Source: a virus. From it: a stretch of 64,000 bases of DNA. Position 1 is the first letter of the stretch. Every line of letters starts with the position of its first letter. The notes beneath the pieces were generated by a model that saw only the letters and a list, made by a program, of their open reading frames with translations, did not search any database and was not told the origin of the DNA. The stretch is from positions 10,063 through 74,062 of IMG/VR virus record IMGVR_UViG_3300018053_000002; one strand, 5' to 3'. Below, piece by piece: positions 1 to 8,666 of this stretch. The position numbers and the translations under genes were made by a program.

Positions 1-182
1 TGGACGATTACCGTCTACTCACTCCGGCCGAGGTCGCCGACCTGTTCCGGGTCGACGCCAAGACGGTCACGAGGTGGGCGAAGCAAGGGCGCCTCCGGAG
101 CCTCCGCACACCGGGCGGGCATCGCCGGTTCTACGAGCGGGACATCCTTGCTCTTCTCACCCGGCGGGAGGTGAGGCGATGA
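1..182 (+). CDS. bldC: BldC-like MerR-family HTH DNA-binding protein (start codon clipped by window edge; absent from ORF track)
   Basis: Manual translation from nt 3: DDYRLLTPAEVADLFRVDAKTVTRWAKQGRLRSLRTPGGHRRF, closely resembling Streptomyces BldC (LLTPAEVA-FRVDPKTVTRWAK-G-L-RT-GGHRR); ATGA overlap with next gene. Confidence 0.85.
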   Translation, partial: DDYRLLTPAEVADLFRVDAKTVTRWAKQGRLRSLRTPGGHRRFYERDILALLTRREVRR

Positions 183-325
183 CGCGCGAACCGCAGGCGG
201 TATTGATCGAGTACACCGTCCATCGTGTATTGGCCCAACACCGGCCGTACGAGATGTGTGACGAGTGCCGGGCGCTAAGGGCGATGCTCGTTCTCATCAT
301 TGACGATGGGGTGGTGAGCCCGTGA
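179..325 (+). CDS. small hypothetical protein (CxxC)
   Basis: ATGA-coupled start with GGGAGG RBS; GTGA overlap with next ORF. Confidence 0.55.
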   Translation: MTREPQAVLIEYTVHRVLAQHRPYEMCDECRALRAMLVLIIDDGVVSP

Positions 326-462
326 GACGTCGTCTCTCGCTCTACCTTGAGCCTCGCGATGCCTGGATAGGTGTCTATGTCGCGCCATCAGCTATCTACG
401 TGTGCCCGGTCCCGTTCGTGGTCATGAAATGGAACCGGAGGGGCTATCGTGTCGATGGATGA
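322..462 (+). CDS. small hypothetical protein
   Basis: Manual translation MRRRLSLYLEPRDAWIGVYV...; overlaps both neighbours. Confidence 0.55.
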   Translation: MRRRLSLYLEPRDAWIGVYVAPSAIYVCPVPFVVMKWNRRGYRVDG

Positions 463-709
463 ACCGACCTGGCGATATCTTCTTGGTGGCCGAGTTCTTC
501 ATGCCCTGGAATGGGCCGGGGCGCGGTACGCCATCTGTGGCCGAGGTAACCCATTGACGGTGCAACGCTATGTTTCCCGGCTCGACGTGAGGCGCAGCCT
601 CGATAACTGGCGCGGCACCGGCAACCAGGATGAATACGAGCGGGCGGCCGTTCTGCCCCGATGCAAAGACTGTGTACGGATGCTCAGGGGGGCAGGCGAT
701 GCGGATTGA
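455..709 (+). CDS. hypothetical protein, putative Zn-binding
   Basis: H-x-C...CxxC pattern; GGAGG upstream; operon packing. Confidence 0.55.
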   Translation: MDEPTWRYLLGGRVLHALEWAGARYAICGRGNPLTVQRYVSRLDVRRSLDNWRGTGNQDEYERAAVLPRCKDCVRMLRGAGDAD

Positions 710-1205
710 CAACCCTCCAACTGAATCTCGCCGGCTACCTCGGCTCGTCCCCCCGTGTGAACGGCACTGTGGCTGTCCGACCTGTCACGTGAAGCCGGGC
801 CAACGGTGCATCACGACCCGGCCCATCCACATGCAACCGTGGTCCGCGGCCGACCTGCGTTACGTTGGCAGCCCCACCTCGCCGCACCAGGCCCGGGTAC
901 GACTGTGGGCCCATCTCTTGGCGGGTGAAATTATGACCTTCCTAACCCATTCTCCCAGTCACGAGGAACGGTGCGTTGAGACACTGGCCATCCGCCAGAT
1001 ATGGGCCGCACTGCCCGAGTGGGCCCGTGAGGTCATTATGGTTACCGCGGACGCGGAATCTGGAGTTGACCAGGGCCCACCCCTAGCCCACGTCCGGGCC
1101 TCATCCTGGTTGCGCTGGGCTCGACAGCTCTGGCTAACGCTATGGCTTGAGGGCGAGACGCCACTGTCCGGTGAGACGCATGGAGGGGCCGTTGATGACC
1201 TCTGA
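699..1205 (+). CDS. zinc-finger hypothetical protein
   Basis: CPTCHVKPGQRC...PHQAR motif. Confidence 0.55.
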   Translation: MRIDNPPTESRRLPRLVPPCERHCGCPTCHVKPGQRCITTRPIHMQPWSAADLRYVGSPTSPHQARVRLWAHLLAGEIMTFLTHSPSHEERCVETLAIRQIWAALPEWAREVIMVTADAESGVDQGPPLAHVRASSWLRWARQLWLTLWLEGETPLSGETHGGAVDDL

Positions 1206-3018
1206 CCCCGTGACGCGTGTGCTCGATGCCCTCCGGGACTACGGGTCGGAGATCCGCGCCATCGCCGATGGTCACATGGCCCAGTGCCCGGCCCACAATG
1301 ATCGCAACCCCTCTCTTCACGTGAGCGAGGGAGCTGACGGGCGCGCGCTGGTCGACTGCAAGGCGGGGTGTCGGCTGGATGACGTGCTCTCCCCGCTGGG
1401 CCTGACCGAGCGGGACCTTTTCGTGGAATCGTTGGGGGGTAGCGGCTCGACTGGCACATATAAGGGGATGGCCGGTGTGCTCGCGCCGCGGTTGGATCCG
1501 GTGACCGACTACGTCTACACCGACGCGGCCGGCGTGCCCGTGATGAAGGTGACCCGGTTCAACCAGGTGGACCACTCGGGTGGCCTCATCGGCAAGACAT
1601 TCCGCCAGTATGGACCGGACGGTGCCGGCGGCTGGCAGGCCGGACTGAACGGGAAGGTTCCCCCGCTCTACCGGCTACCCGAGGTGCTCGCCGCGGTGGC
1701 CACCGGTGGGACCGTGCTCGTGGTCGAGGGCGAGAAGGATGCCGACCGGGCCACCTCGCTGGGGTTGGTCGCTACCACCTCGCCGATGGGTGCCGGGAAG
1801 TGGCGCGACGAGCACACGGCCAGTCTCACCGGCGGGGTCGTGGTGGTGGTGGTCGACGACGACGGGCCGGGCCGGGCTCATGCGCTGGCCGTCCACGAGG
1901 CTCTCAGTGCGGTGGCGCGCTCGGTCGTGATGGTGCTACCCGCATCGGGCTGCAAGGACCTCAGCGAGCATCTGGACGCCGGCTACACCCTCTCTGCGCT
2001 GCGACCGGTCCTGCCCGAGCATCTGACCCAGGCGCCCGAGCAGCTCCCCCAGGACGAACTCCACGTGAGGCTGGCCATCCATCAGGGAAGGGTCGTCATG
2101 GCCGACGGGCTCGACACCATTCCGGTACCGACCATGCTCGTACACGACCTGCTCCAGACGGACTCACTGGCCTGGCTCCAGGGCAAGCCGGGCTCGTGCA
2201 AAACCTTCCTCGCGCTCGATCTGGCCGGCGCCGTGGGGACCGGGCTCACCTGGCATGAGGGCCGTAAGGTACGCCAGGGATCGGTACTCTACGTAATCGC
2301 TGAGGGGGCCGGTGGGCTGCGGGCTCGGGTCCGGGCCTGGGAGTCGAGTGCCGGTCGACCGATGGGTCCGGTGGCGTTCCTGCCGATGGCGGTGCACCTG
2401 CTCGACCGTGTTGATCTCGGTGCGTTCTGTCTCCTGGTCTCGGAGATGACACCGTCGTTGATCGTGATCGACACCCAGGCGCGGGCCACGGTCGGAGCAG
2501 AGGAGAACTCAGCGAAGGACATGGGGCTCCTCGTCGAGGCGTTGGAACAGATCCGGGCGGCGTCCGGGGCGACCGTCCTTGTCGTGCATCACGAGGGTCG
2601 TAGTGGTGATCACCTCCGGGGCTCGACGGCGCTGGAGGGTGCCGCCACCACAGTGATGAAGGTCGATCGTGACGGGCCGGAACTCACGCTGTCGTGCCTC
2701 AAGCAGAAGGATGGCACCGAGTTCGAGCCAATCCGGTTTGCCCTGGTTCCCATGGGCGAGTCTGCTATCTGCGTGATGGCCGGTACGTCCGGTTCGGCGA
2801 GCCTTCTTAACCAGAGCGAACAGACGATCCTCAATTTCTTCCGGGACGGAAGTGAGACGGTCGGAGTGCCGTGGACAGTGATCCGGGACACCTCGGGACT
2901 GACTCGGACGACCGCGTACCGGGCCATGCAAGCCCTGGTCAGCCGTGGTGAGCTGCGCAATGTCGGGACTGCTGCCCGGATCATCCTGGTGGCCACTCGG
3001 AGAGGCAGCGTCCCATGA
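1195..3018 (+). CDS. DNA primase-helicase (Zn finger + TOPRIM + RepA-like AAA ATPase + C-terminal wHTH)
   Basis: CPAHND...CKAGC; VEGEKDAD and DDDGPG TOPRIM motifs; Walker A GKPGSCKT; Walker B IVIDT; VVHHEGR...RGSTAL. Confidence 0.9.
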   Translation: MTSDPVTRVLDALRDYGSEIRAIADGHMAQCPAHNDRNPSLHVSEGADGRALVDCKAGCRLDDVLSPLGLTERDLFVESLGGSGSTGTYKGMAGVLAPRLDPVTDYVYTDAAGVPVMKVTRFNQVDHSGGLIGKTFRQYGPDGAGGWQAGLNGKVPPLYRLPEVLAAVATGGTVLVVEGEKDADRATSLGLVATTSPMGAGKWRDEHTASLTGGVVVVVVDDDGPGRAHALAVHEALSAVARSVVMVLPASGCKDLSEHLDAGYTLSALRPVLPEHLTQAPEQLPQDELHVRLAIHQGRVVMADGLDTIPVPTMLVHDLLQTDSLAWLQGKPGSCKTFLALDLAGAVGTGLTWHEGRKVRQGSVLYVIAEGAGGLRARVRAWESSAGRPMGPVAFLPMAVHLLDRVDLGAFCLLVSEMTPSLIVIDTQARATVGAEENSAKDMGLLVEALEQIRAASGATVLVVHHEGRSGDHLRGSTALEGAATTVMKVDRDGPELTLSCLKQKDGTEFEPIRFALVPMGESAICVMAGTSGSASLLNQSEQTILNFFRDGSETVGVPWTVIRDTSGLTRTTAYRAMQALVSRGELRNVGTAARIILVATRRGSVP

Positions 3019-3230
3019 CGTCCCACCTCGTCCCACGGCCAAATGGGACATCGAAATATCGGCGTCCCACTATATCGACGGACTTGAGAGACGCAGTGGG
3101 ACGCAGTGTTGATCAAGGCTGTGACCTGCGGTTTCCCAAGATCCACAGCGGGCCAGAACCCCCCCCCCCCTATAAACCCCGTAGGGGTTTTAGACGGGGG
3201 GACTGTCCCGGGACGGTGAGACGGACATTT
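3009..3230. other. candidate replication origin (iteron-like repeats plus hairpin)
   Basis: CGTCCCA at 3009, 3019, 3029 (10-bp period) and 3063; inverted TGGGAC at 3044 and 3097; C12 tract 3159-3170 followed by AAACCCC-GTA-GGGGTTT. Confidence 0.5.
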
Positions 3231-3278
3231 ACCTTCCAATACCAATACACAAGGAATACCAGGAGAAGGCGTATATCG

Positions 3279-3590
3279 ATGAGTCGACATCTCGTCACGA
3301 CGACCGTGGCCGACCGGGTGTGTCCACGGTGCCAGGAGATGATCTTCGTCGGGGTGAGTCAGGGGATCACCGCTCGGGTGGACGTCTACCCACTCACGAC
3401 CGAGGTGGAGATCATGGCGCTGCTCCAGGGTCGATGGGTCTACGCCATGATCGATCATCGGCTGCATCGGAAGGTCGGCAGCCCGCGGGTCGGTGTCGTC
3501 CTCGCCGAGCATCGATGCGGTCAACCCCTACCGCGTACAGCCGTCACGTCGAGCGAGCCGGCGCCGGTGTCGGACCAACCCCCGTTCTGA
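3279..3590 (+). CDS. hypothetical protein (CxxC, ends DQPPF)
   Basis: AGGAG RBS; CPRC and EHRC motifs. Confidence 0.65.
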   Translation: MSRHLVTTTVADRVCPRCQEMIFVGVSQGITARVDVYPLTTEVEIMALLQGRWVYAMIDHRLHRKVGSPRVGVVLAEHRCGQPLPRTAVTSSEPAPVSDQPPF

Positions 3591-3604
3591 GGAGGACCGT
3601 GATC

Positions 3605-3958
3605 ATGACCACCCAACATCGGCGGGCTCGGGGTCGAGAGACCGAACGCTGCGTGACGGACTACCTCGCCAGCCGGATCTTCCCGGGTGCCTACCAGGTC
3701 GGCTCTGGTGCCGGTGGCGCCGACGTTCGCAATACCCCGGGCGCCTCAATCGAGGTGAAGGCGAGGCGGGACTTCGACCCGATGGCCTGGATCCGTGAGG
3801 CGTCACGTAGACCGGGGCTCCCGCTCGTGGTCTGGCGGCCGGACGGGATGGGTCCGCTCTCGGTGGCCGACTGGCCGAGCATGCTCCCGTTCGGGCGTCA
3901 GGTGGATCTCATGCTCGCGGCCGGTACGGGCTCGGCGTCGTCAAGTCTGGACCTTTGA
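3605..3958 (+). CDS. Holliday junction resolvase-like PD-(D/E)xK nuclease
   Basis: RGRETE...GADV...IEVKAR; GAGGAG RBS. Confidence 0.8.
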   Translation: MTTQHRRARGRETERCVTDYLASRIFPGAYQVGSGAGGADVRNTPGASIEVKARRDFDPMAWIREASRRPGLPLVVWRPDGMGPLSVADWPSMLPFGRQVDLMLAAGTGSASSSLDL

Positions 3959-3983
3959 TCATTCCTGAGGAGATGGTTCGGAG

Positions 3984-4799
3984 ATGACTCAGGAAGGGCT
4001 CACGCGCCCGAAGGGAACGGCCTACAACGGCCGAACAGCCTCCGGTGGTAGTTGGGTGCACCCCCGGGTGTCTGAGGCCGCTGTAGGCCGCTGCCGGACC
4101 GGTGACCGGTGTCGGTGGCGGGATCGTACTGGTCCGGCCCTTGTGGACGGTTTGGTCGTCTGTGACGGTTGTCTGGCCACGATGGACCGTAGCGTCGGCG
4201 GGCTGCTCTGGGATTATGTTGACCTTGAGCAGCTCATCCCGATGGCGACCTCACGGGGCCAGCTCGTCTCGGGTACGCGGGAACCGGCCAGCCTGCTTTC
4301 GCTTCACGTCGAGGCGTTGCAACGGGCGATTTGGCACACCGTCACGACGTGGGAGGAGATTATCCGCGAGCGAGCCGCGCTGTCCGAACCGACGGTAGGA
4401 GTTCGACCGGGTTGGGCGGTTCAGCGGGCCATCGAGGTGATTCGGCCGCGGATGCGGTTGCTCATCAACGTCGAGCCGGTCGCGGTCTGGCCGGACGGGT
4501 TCACCGGTGTGCCGGCAGACCGTAGCGGTGTGGATGCCGGGCTGGCGTTCGTGAGCCTGCATAACCGGGCTCGGGTCGTACTCGGGTTGACCCGGCAGAC
4601 GGACGAGCTGTACGGCTTGTGTTGGATGTACTCGATGCGGCATCCGACCGGGTGTGGTTGGCCGACGCTGCGCCGTGATGCCGGATCGGAGACGGTCTAT
4701 TGTGCCAACTGCTCGGCGCGGTGCTCCTGGGACAACTACCGTTCGTATCTCGGATTGATGGTGCCCTATGCCAAACGCGAGCTGGCCGTATCCGGCTGA
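3984..4799 (+). CDS. hypothetical protein with Zn ribbons (possible late regulator)
   Basis: N- and C-terminal Cys clusters; position at end of early region. Confidence 0.65.
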   Translation: MTQEGLTRPKGTAYNGRTASGGSWVHPRVSEAAVGRCRTGDRCRWRDRTGPALVDGLVVCDGCLATMDRSVGGLLWDYVDLEQLIPMATSRGQLVSGTREPASLLSLHVEALQRAIWHTVTTWEEIIRERAALSEPTVGVRPGWAVQRAIEVIRPRMRLLINVEPVAVWPDGFTGVPADRSGVDAGLAFVSLHNRARVVLGLTRQTDELYGLCWMYSMRHPTGCGWPTLRRDAGSETVYCANCSARCSWDNYRSYLGLMVPYAKRELAVSG

Positions 4800-5118
4800 G
4801 TCCGCGGTGGCGCGTGCACGACGGATAGCTCAGGCGTACCGGGCCCATCTGCACGCCGTGGCGCCCGACATCTGTGACCAGCTCGACGAGACGTGTGCCG
4901 GCTGGGGCGAGACGTGGATCGTGCCACGGGTGGTGACCTATGATCTCGACGACCTGCTGACCGCGCGGGAGGCGGCCGATCTCGCGAACGTGACGGTGTC
5001 GGCTGTCCGGCAATGGCGACACCGGGGCCGAATCATGGGCACATGGGTTGATGGGCAATGGCGGTACCGGGCCCGTGACGTGATCTTCCTCACAGGGGTT
5101 GTGGAGCCTGTCGCGTAA
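4768..5118 (+). CDS. MerR/excisionase-like HTH protein
   Basis: LLTAREAADLANVTVSAVRQWRHRGRI. Confidence 0.75.
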   Translation: MPNASWPYPAESAVARARRIAQAYRAHLHAVAPDICDQLDETCAGWGETWIVPRVVTYDLDDLLTAREAADLANVTVSAVRQWRHRGRIMGTWVDGQWRYRARDVIFLTGVVEPVA

Positions 5119-5271
5119 CGGGTTACGGTGCGCGCAACAGGTGGACTCTGTCCACTGCCCGGGGGGAACTGACCCTGACCCCCGTACCGCGGCCGGGTGC
5201 ACGGCGAGGTGGAGCGTGGCTCACCAGCGGGAGTCGAGCGCATAAGAGCCGATGACACCGTGCACCCGGCT

Positions 5272-5327
5272 GCGTCTGTGCCACTTTGGAAGTCGGAAAA
5301 CCCTTGGCGTCTGTGCCACTTTGGAAG
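5272..5327 (+). repeat. 21-bp direct repeat GCGTCTGTGCCACTTTGGAAG (2 copies)
   Basis: Exact copies at 5272-5292 and 5307-5327. Confidence 0.9.
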
Positions 5328-5337
5328 GGCTGTTGCC

Positions 5338-5739
5338 ATGCGAAAGTTTCTTGTCCTCACCGTTGCCGTGTTCGCGTCGCTGATCTTGGCCACACCCGCA
5401 TATGCCGGTTCACCCCACTTCGTGGGCGCGGTTACTGCTACCGTCTCGGGCGACAGTCTTACCGTCTCCGGCAAGGAGGCCGGGCTGGGCAATGAAGCGC
5501 AGGTACACATTGTGGTTACCGCTACGGCGGCGTGCCTTAACCCGGGTAACAACAAGCCGCAAGCGGGCAACAAGCAGAGCGTCTCGGCTGAGGGTGACTT
5601 CCCCGTACAGAACGGGCGGGCTGAGTTTTCGCTGACGTTAACAGCCATATTCCAACCATCGTGTACGCCACCCATGACAGTCGTATGGTCGGACATCACG
5701 GTGATCGATGAGACTAGCGGTATCATGGCCACGCCATAG
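5338..5739 (+). CDS. secreted protein
   Basis: Signal peptide MRKFLVLTVAVFASLILATPAYA; two Cys; beta-rich mature part. Confidence 0.75.
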   Translation: MRKFLVLTVAVFASLILATPAYAGSPHFVGAVTATVSGDSLTVSGKEAGLGNEAQVHIVVTATAACLNPGNNKPQAGNKQSVSAEGDFPVQNGRAEFSLTLTAIFQPSCTPPMTVVWSDITVIDETSGIMATP

Positions 5740-5855
5740 TGAAGTCATTCCTTGTGGTAGCGCTCACCGCTTATCTTGTCGTGCTGATTGGCCTGGCCTG
5801 GTACGTGATCTGGTTGCAGTGGAGGCGACCGTAAAACAAGGGGGGGGTGCTTTCC

Positions 5856-6200
5856 ATGCCCCTCCGGATCTGTCTTGAGGGGGGCCATCTCTTCCAGGGG
5901 GAGGGGCCTCGATGTCCGGGGCACACCCGGGCCAAAGACCGGGCCACCCTCCGACTCAAGCGAAAGCTGCGTCCCCACACCTACGCTGAGGATGTACGTC
6001 GAGCTGAAGTGGTCTTCTCATGGCGCGCCCTGTATGGAGACCTCTGCCCTGGGTGGCGTAGGGATGCCCACCCTGCCACACCCACCAATCCACTGACTGC
6101 TGATCACCCTCATGCTGTGGCTCGTGGTGGCGATGAACATCAGTCATTGTCTGTGCTGTGTAGACAATGCAACTCACGCAAACGTGATCACATCATGTGA
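5856..6200 (+). CDS. HNH endonuclease (packaging-associated)
   Basis: TADH...LCRQCNSRK; immediately upstream of terminase. Confidence 0.85.
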   Translation: MPLRICLEGGHLFQGEGPRCPGHTRAKDRATLRLKRKLRPHTYAEDVRRAEVVFSWRALYGDLCPGWRRDAHPATPTNPLTADHPHAVARGGDEHQSLSVLCRQCNSRKRDHIM

Positions 6201-6400
6201 TGTATGAGCGATAGGGGTGGGGGGGTACGGTTCGGACGTAATGTCCGTTTTGTCCCAGGACCCCGTCCCTCCAAAAGTCTTCGCGTGTTGAAATGAGGGT
6301 CAGTGTGCCCCTTGTGTCCTTTTTTTTGCCACCTGCTGTTTTCGCAGGTCAGGGGCCTCGTGGAGTCCATATAGGACATAACCTCCCCTTGTGAATGGAG
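6201..6400. other. probable cos/packaging site region
   Basis: Non-coding gap with G-run between HNH and TerS, the usual cos position in HK97-type phages; exact cut site not determinable. Confidence 0.5.
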
Positions 6401-6407
6401 GGTGAGG

Positions 6408-6923
6408 ATGCCGCGGACCAAGAAGCCGGCCGGTACGGCTGTCAATCCACGCAATGGTCGTCGCGCGGATCTGGTCCCGATCGCCGGGGCACGATTCGAT
6501 CCGCCCGAGGGTCTTTGCGAAGAAGCGACGACGGCCTGGGACTCCTACTGGGAAGACACTGTCGCCTGCGTGATGACGCCGGTTGACCGGGCCGTGCTCG
6601 TGCGCTGGGTTCGAGAGATGGATCGTTATCTACGTCTGTCGACGGAGGCGGATCTCAACCCCTCGGTGCGCGGTTCGCAGGGTCAGCCGGTCGAGAATCC
6701 GCTCTACGCGACGGCCTACAAGGCGCTCTCGGCAGTGCAGGCGTGCGAGAAGCAGATGGGGATGGGCGCACTGAACCGCTCGGCTCTGGGCATTGCGGTG
6801 ATCACTGAACGCAAGAGCCTCGCCGAGATGAATGCCCGGTACGGGGGTGGCGACGATGCTGATCGCGACCGCCCTGCCATCGTCGCCGAGATCGTCGACC
6901 CGCGGAGAATCATCGAAGGCTGA
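6408..6923 (+). CDS. terS: terminase small subunit (P27-like)
   Basis: GSQGQPVENPLY motif; precedes TerL. Confidence 0.85.
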   Translation: MPRTKKPAGTAVNPRNGRRADLVPIAGARFDPPEGLCEEATTAWDSYWEDTVACVMTPVDRAVLVRWVREMDRYLRLSTEADLNPSVRGSQGQPVENPLYATAYKALSAVQACEKQMGMGALNRSALGIAVITERKSLAEMNARYGGGDDADRDRPAIVAEIVDPRRIIEG

Positions 6924-8478
6924 CGGCTGTCCGGCGTGTGGCTGGAATCCGGCCGACGAGCTGTGGCCCAGTCACGGTGACATCGCGGTGCAGTGGATCA
7001 GCGACAATTGCATCTGTGGCGATGGCGACTGGTTCGGCCAGCCCATCAGGTTGCGCCTCGACCAGCAACGCTTTCTCTGGCGCTGGTACGAGTATTGCCC
7101 CGAGTGCAACCAGTGGCGCTATGACGAGGCACTGCGCGGTGCGGCCACCGGCGACGGCAAAACCCAGTTCATCGCGTCGATCGTGGTGCTGGAGTTCGCC
7201 GGCCCGCCACAGATCGCGCCATCCTCACCGATCATCCCGATTGCCGCCGCGAGCTTCGACCAGGCCAATCTCCTGTTTAGTGCCGTGGCTACGATCTGTG
7301 GTGGCCGAGATCAGAGCGTGCGTGAGTCGCCGTTGCGTGAGTTCTTCGAGGTCTACGACACGGTGATCAAGTTCGCCGACGGTCGGCCAGGTCTCATCGA
7401 GCGCGTCGCCGCGGTCGCGGGAACCAACGAGGGTGGTCTGCCGACGCTTTTCGTGCGTGATGAGTTGCATGAGTGGGGCGACGTCGGAGACCGCCGGGCC
7501 CGTGTCGCCACCGTCATCGGGAAGTCCACCAACAAGCGGCGTACGCCTCACGGCTCGGGCCGGATCATCAGCCTGTCCACGGCCGGGTTCGACATCGACC
7601 ATTCTTTGCTCGGCGCCAAGTGCAAGCTCGGTGAGCGCGTGGTGCGGAATCCCTCGTTGTCGCCGCGGTTCCTCTACGACTGGCGCCAGGCGCCCGACGG
7701 GCTCGACTATCGGCTGCCGGCTGACCGTGAGATCGCGGTACGCGCTGCCTCCCAGGCGGCCGACGTGCTCTGGAACGTGCGAGACCGGGTCGACGACTGG
7801 GGAAAGCCCGAGTGGCCCGCGCATGAGTGGATCCGCTATTACGCCAACCGGTGGGTCGACGTAGCCGAGGAGAGCTGGCTCAAGGACCACCCCGCCGCGT
7901 GGGTGCAGTGTGAGGGGACCTGGACGTCTAGTCCGTCGAACCCGTTTGTGGTCTCGGTGGACATGGCGTTGCGCCGGGACTCGGTAGCGGTCTCCCGGAT
8001 CGAGCAACTGCCGGATGAACGCTTCGCCATCACGTCGCGAATCTGGGTTCCGACCGGTGCGCCGATCGACCACCTGGACGTGTTCAACCACGTACGCACG
8101 CTGGCCTACGGTGTCGGTTTCCGCGGTGTTGTGTACGACCCCCGATTCTTTGAGTTGCCGGGTCGGATGCTGGAGGACGAGGGCATCCTCGTGGTCTCCT
8201 TTGACCAGTCGCCGCAGCGGATGGCGCCGGCGTGTGGGCTCGCCTTCGATCTCATCGTCAATCAGCGGATCGTGCATGACGGTGACCCCGAGCTGGGCGC
8301 GCACATCAAGGCGGCCGTGAAGCGTGAGCAGGAGCGCGGGTTCACGCTGAGCAAGGGCAAGAGCAAGCGGTCCATCGACGCAGCGATCACCCTGTGCATG
8401 GGTGTCTGGGTCCTCCACGAGCCGGCCGAACCGGTACAGCCGTTCTTCGGGACCTGGCGCGCGAGAGGTGGGGCCTGA
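6856..8478 (+). CDS. terL: terminase large subunit
   Basis: Walker A GDGKT; Walker B RDELHE; nuclease VDMA...D, YDP, SIDAAI. Confidence 0.93.
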   Translation: MLIATALPSSPRSSTRGESSKADGCPACGWNPADELWPSHGDIAVQWISDNCICGDGDWFGQPIRLRLDQQRFLWRWYEYCPECNQWRYDEALRGAATGDGKTQFIASIVVLEFAGPPQIAPSSPIIPIAAASFDQANLLFSAVATICGGRDQSVRESPLREFFEVYDTVIKFADGRPGLIERVAAVAGTNEGGLPTLFVRDELHEWGDVGDRRARVATVIGKSTNKRRTPHGSGRIISLSTAGFDIDHSLLGAKCKLGERVVRNPSLSPRFLYDWRQAPDGLDYRLPADREIAVRAASQAADVLWNVRDRVDDWGKPEWPAHEWIRYYANRWVDVAEESWLKDHPAAWVQCEGTWTSSPSNPFVVSVDMALRRDSVAVSRIEQLPDERFAITSRIWVPTGAPIDHLDVFNHVRTLAYGVGFRGVVYDPRFFELPGRMLEDEGILVVSFDQSPQRMAPACGLAFDLIVNQRIVHDGDPELGAHIKAAVKREQERGFTLSKGKSKRSIDAAITLCMGVWVLHEPAEPVQPFFGTWRARGGA

Positions 8479-8666
8479 TGGTTGCACTCACGACGCGTGC
8501 CCGCGGTCTTGGGCCCATTGTGCTGACGTCGATTGGTGCCCTCGTCATCGGGGCTGGTTGGCTGACTCACCGGATCGTTGCCGGGTCCTGGTTCGCTATG
8601 ACCTGGATCGCCGCAGCGTTCATGGAGGGCTGGGCCTCGGCTCAGCGGCCACGTGTCGTTTCTTGA
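8478..8666 (+). CDS. small membrane protein
   Basis: Two hydrophobic segments; TGATG coupling; between TerL and portal. Confidence 0.6.
   Translation: MVALTTRARGLGPIVLTSIGALVIGAGWLTHRIVAGSWFAMTWIAAAFMEGWASAQRPRVVS

Noticed and set aside
7225-8487. Long antisense ORFs (also 17289-18521, 32694-33626, 54218-55267, 41243-42025)
   Set aside because: Shadow frames of real genes in GC-rich DNA with no recognisable motifs
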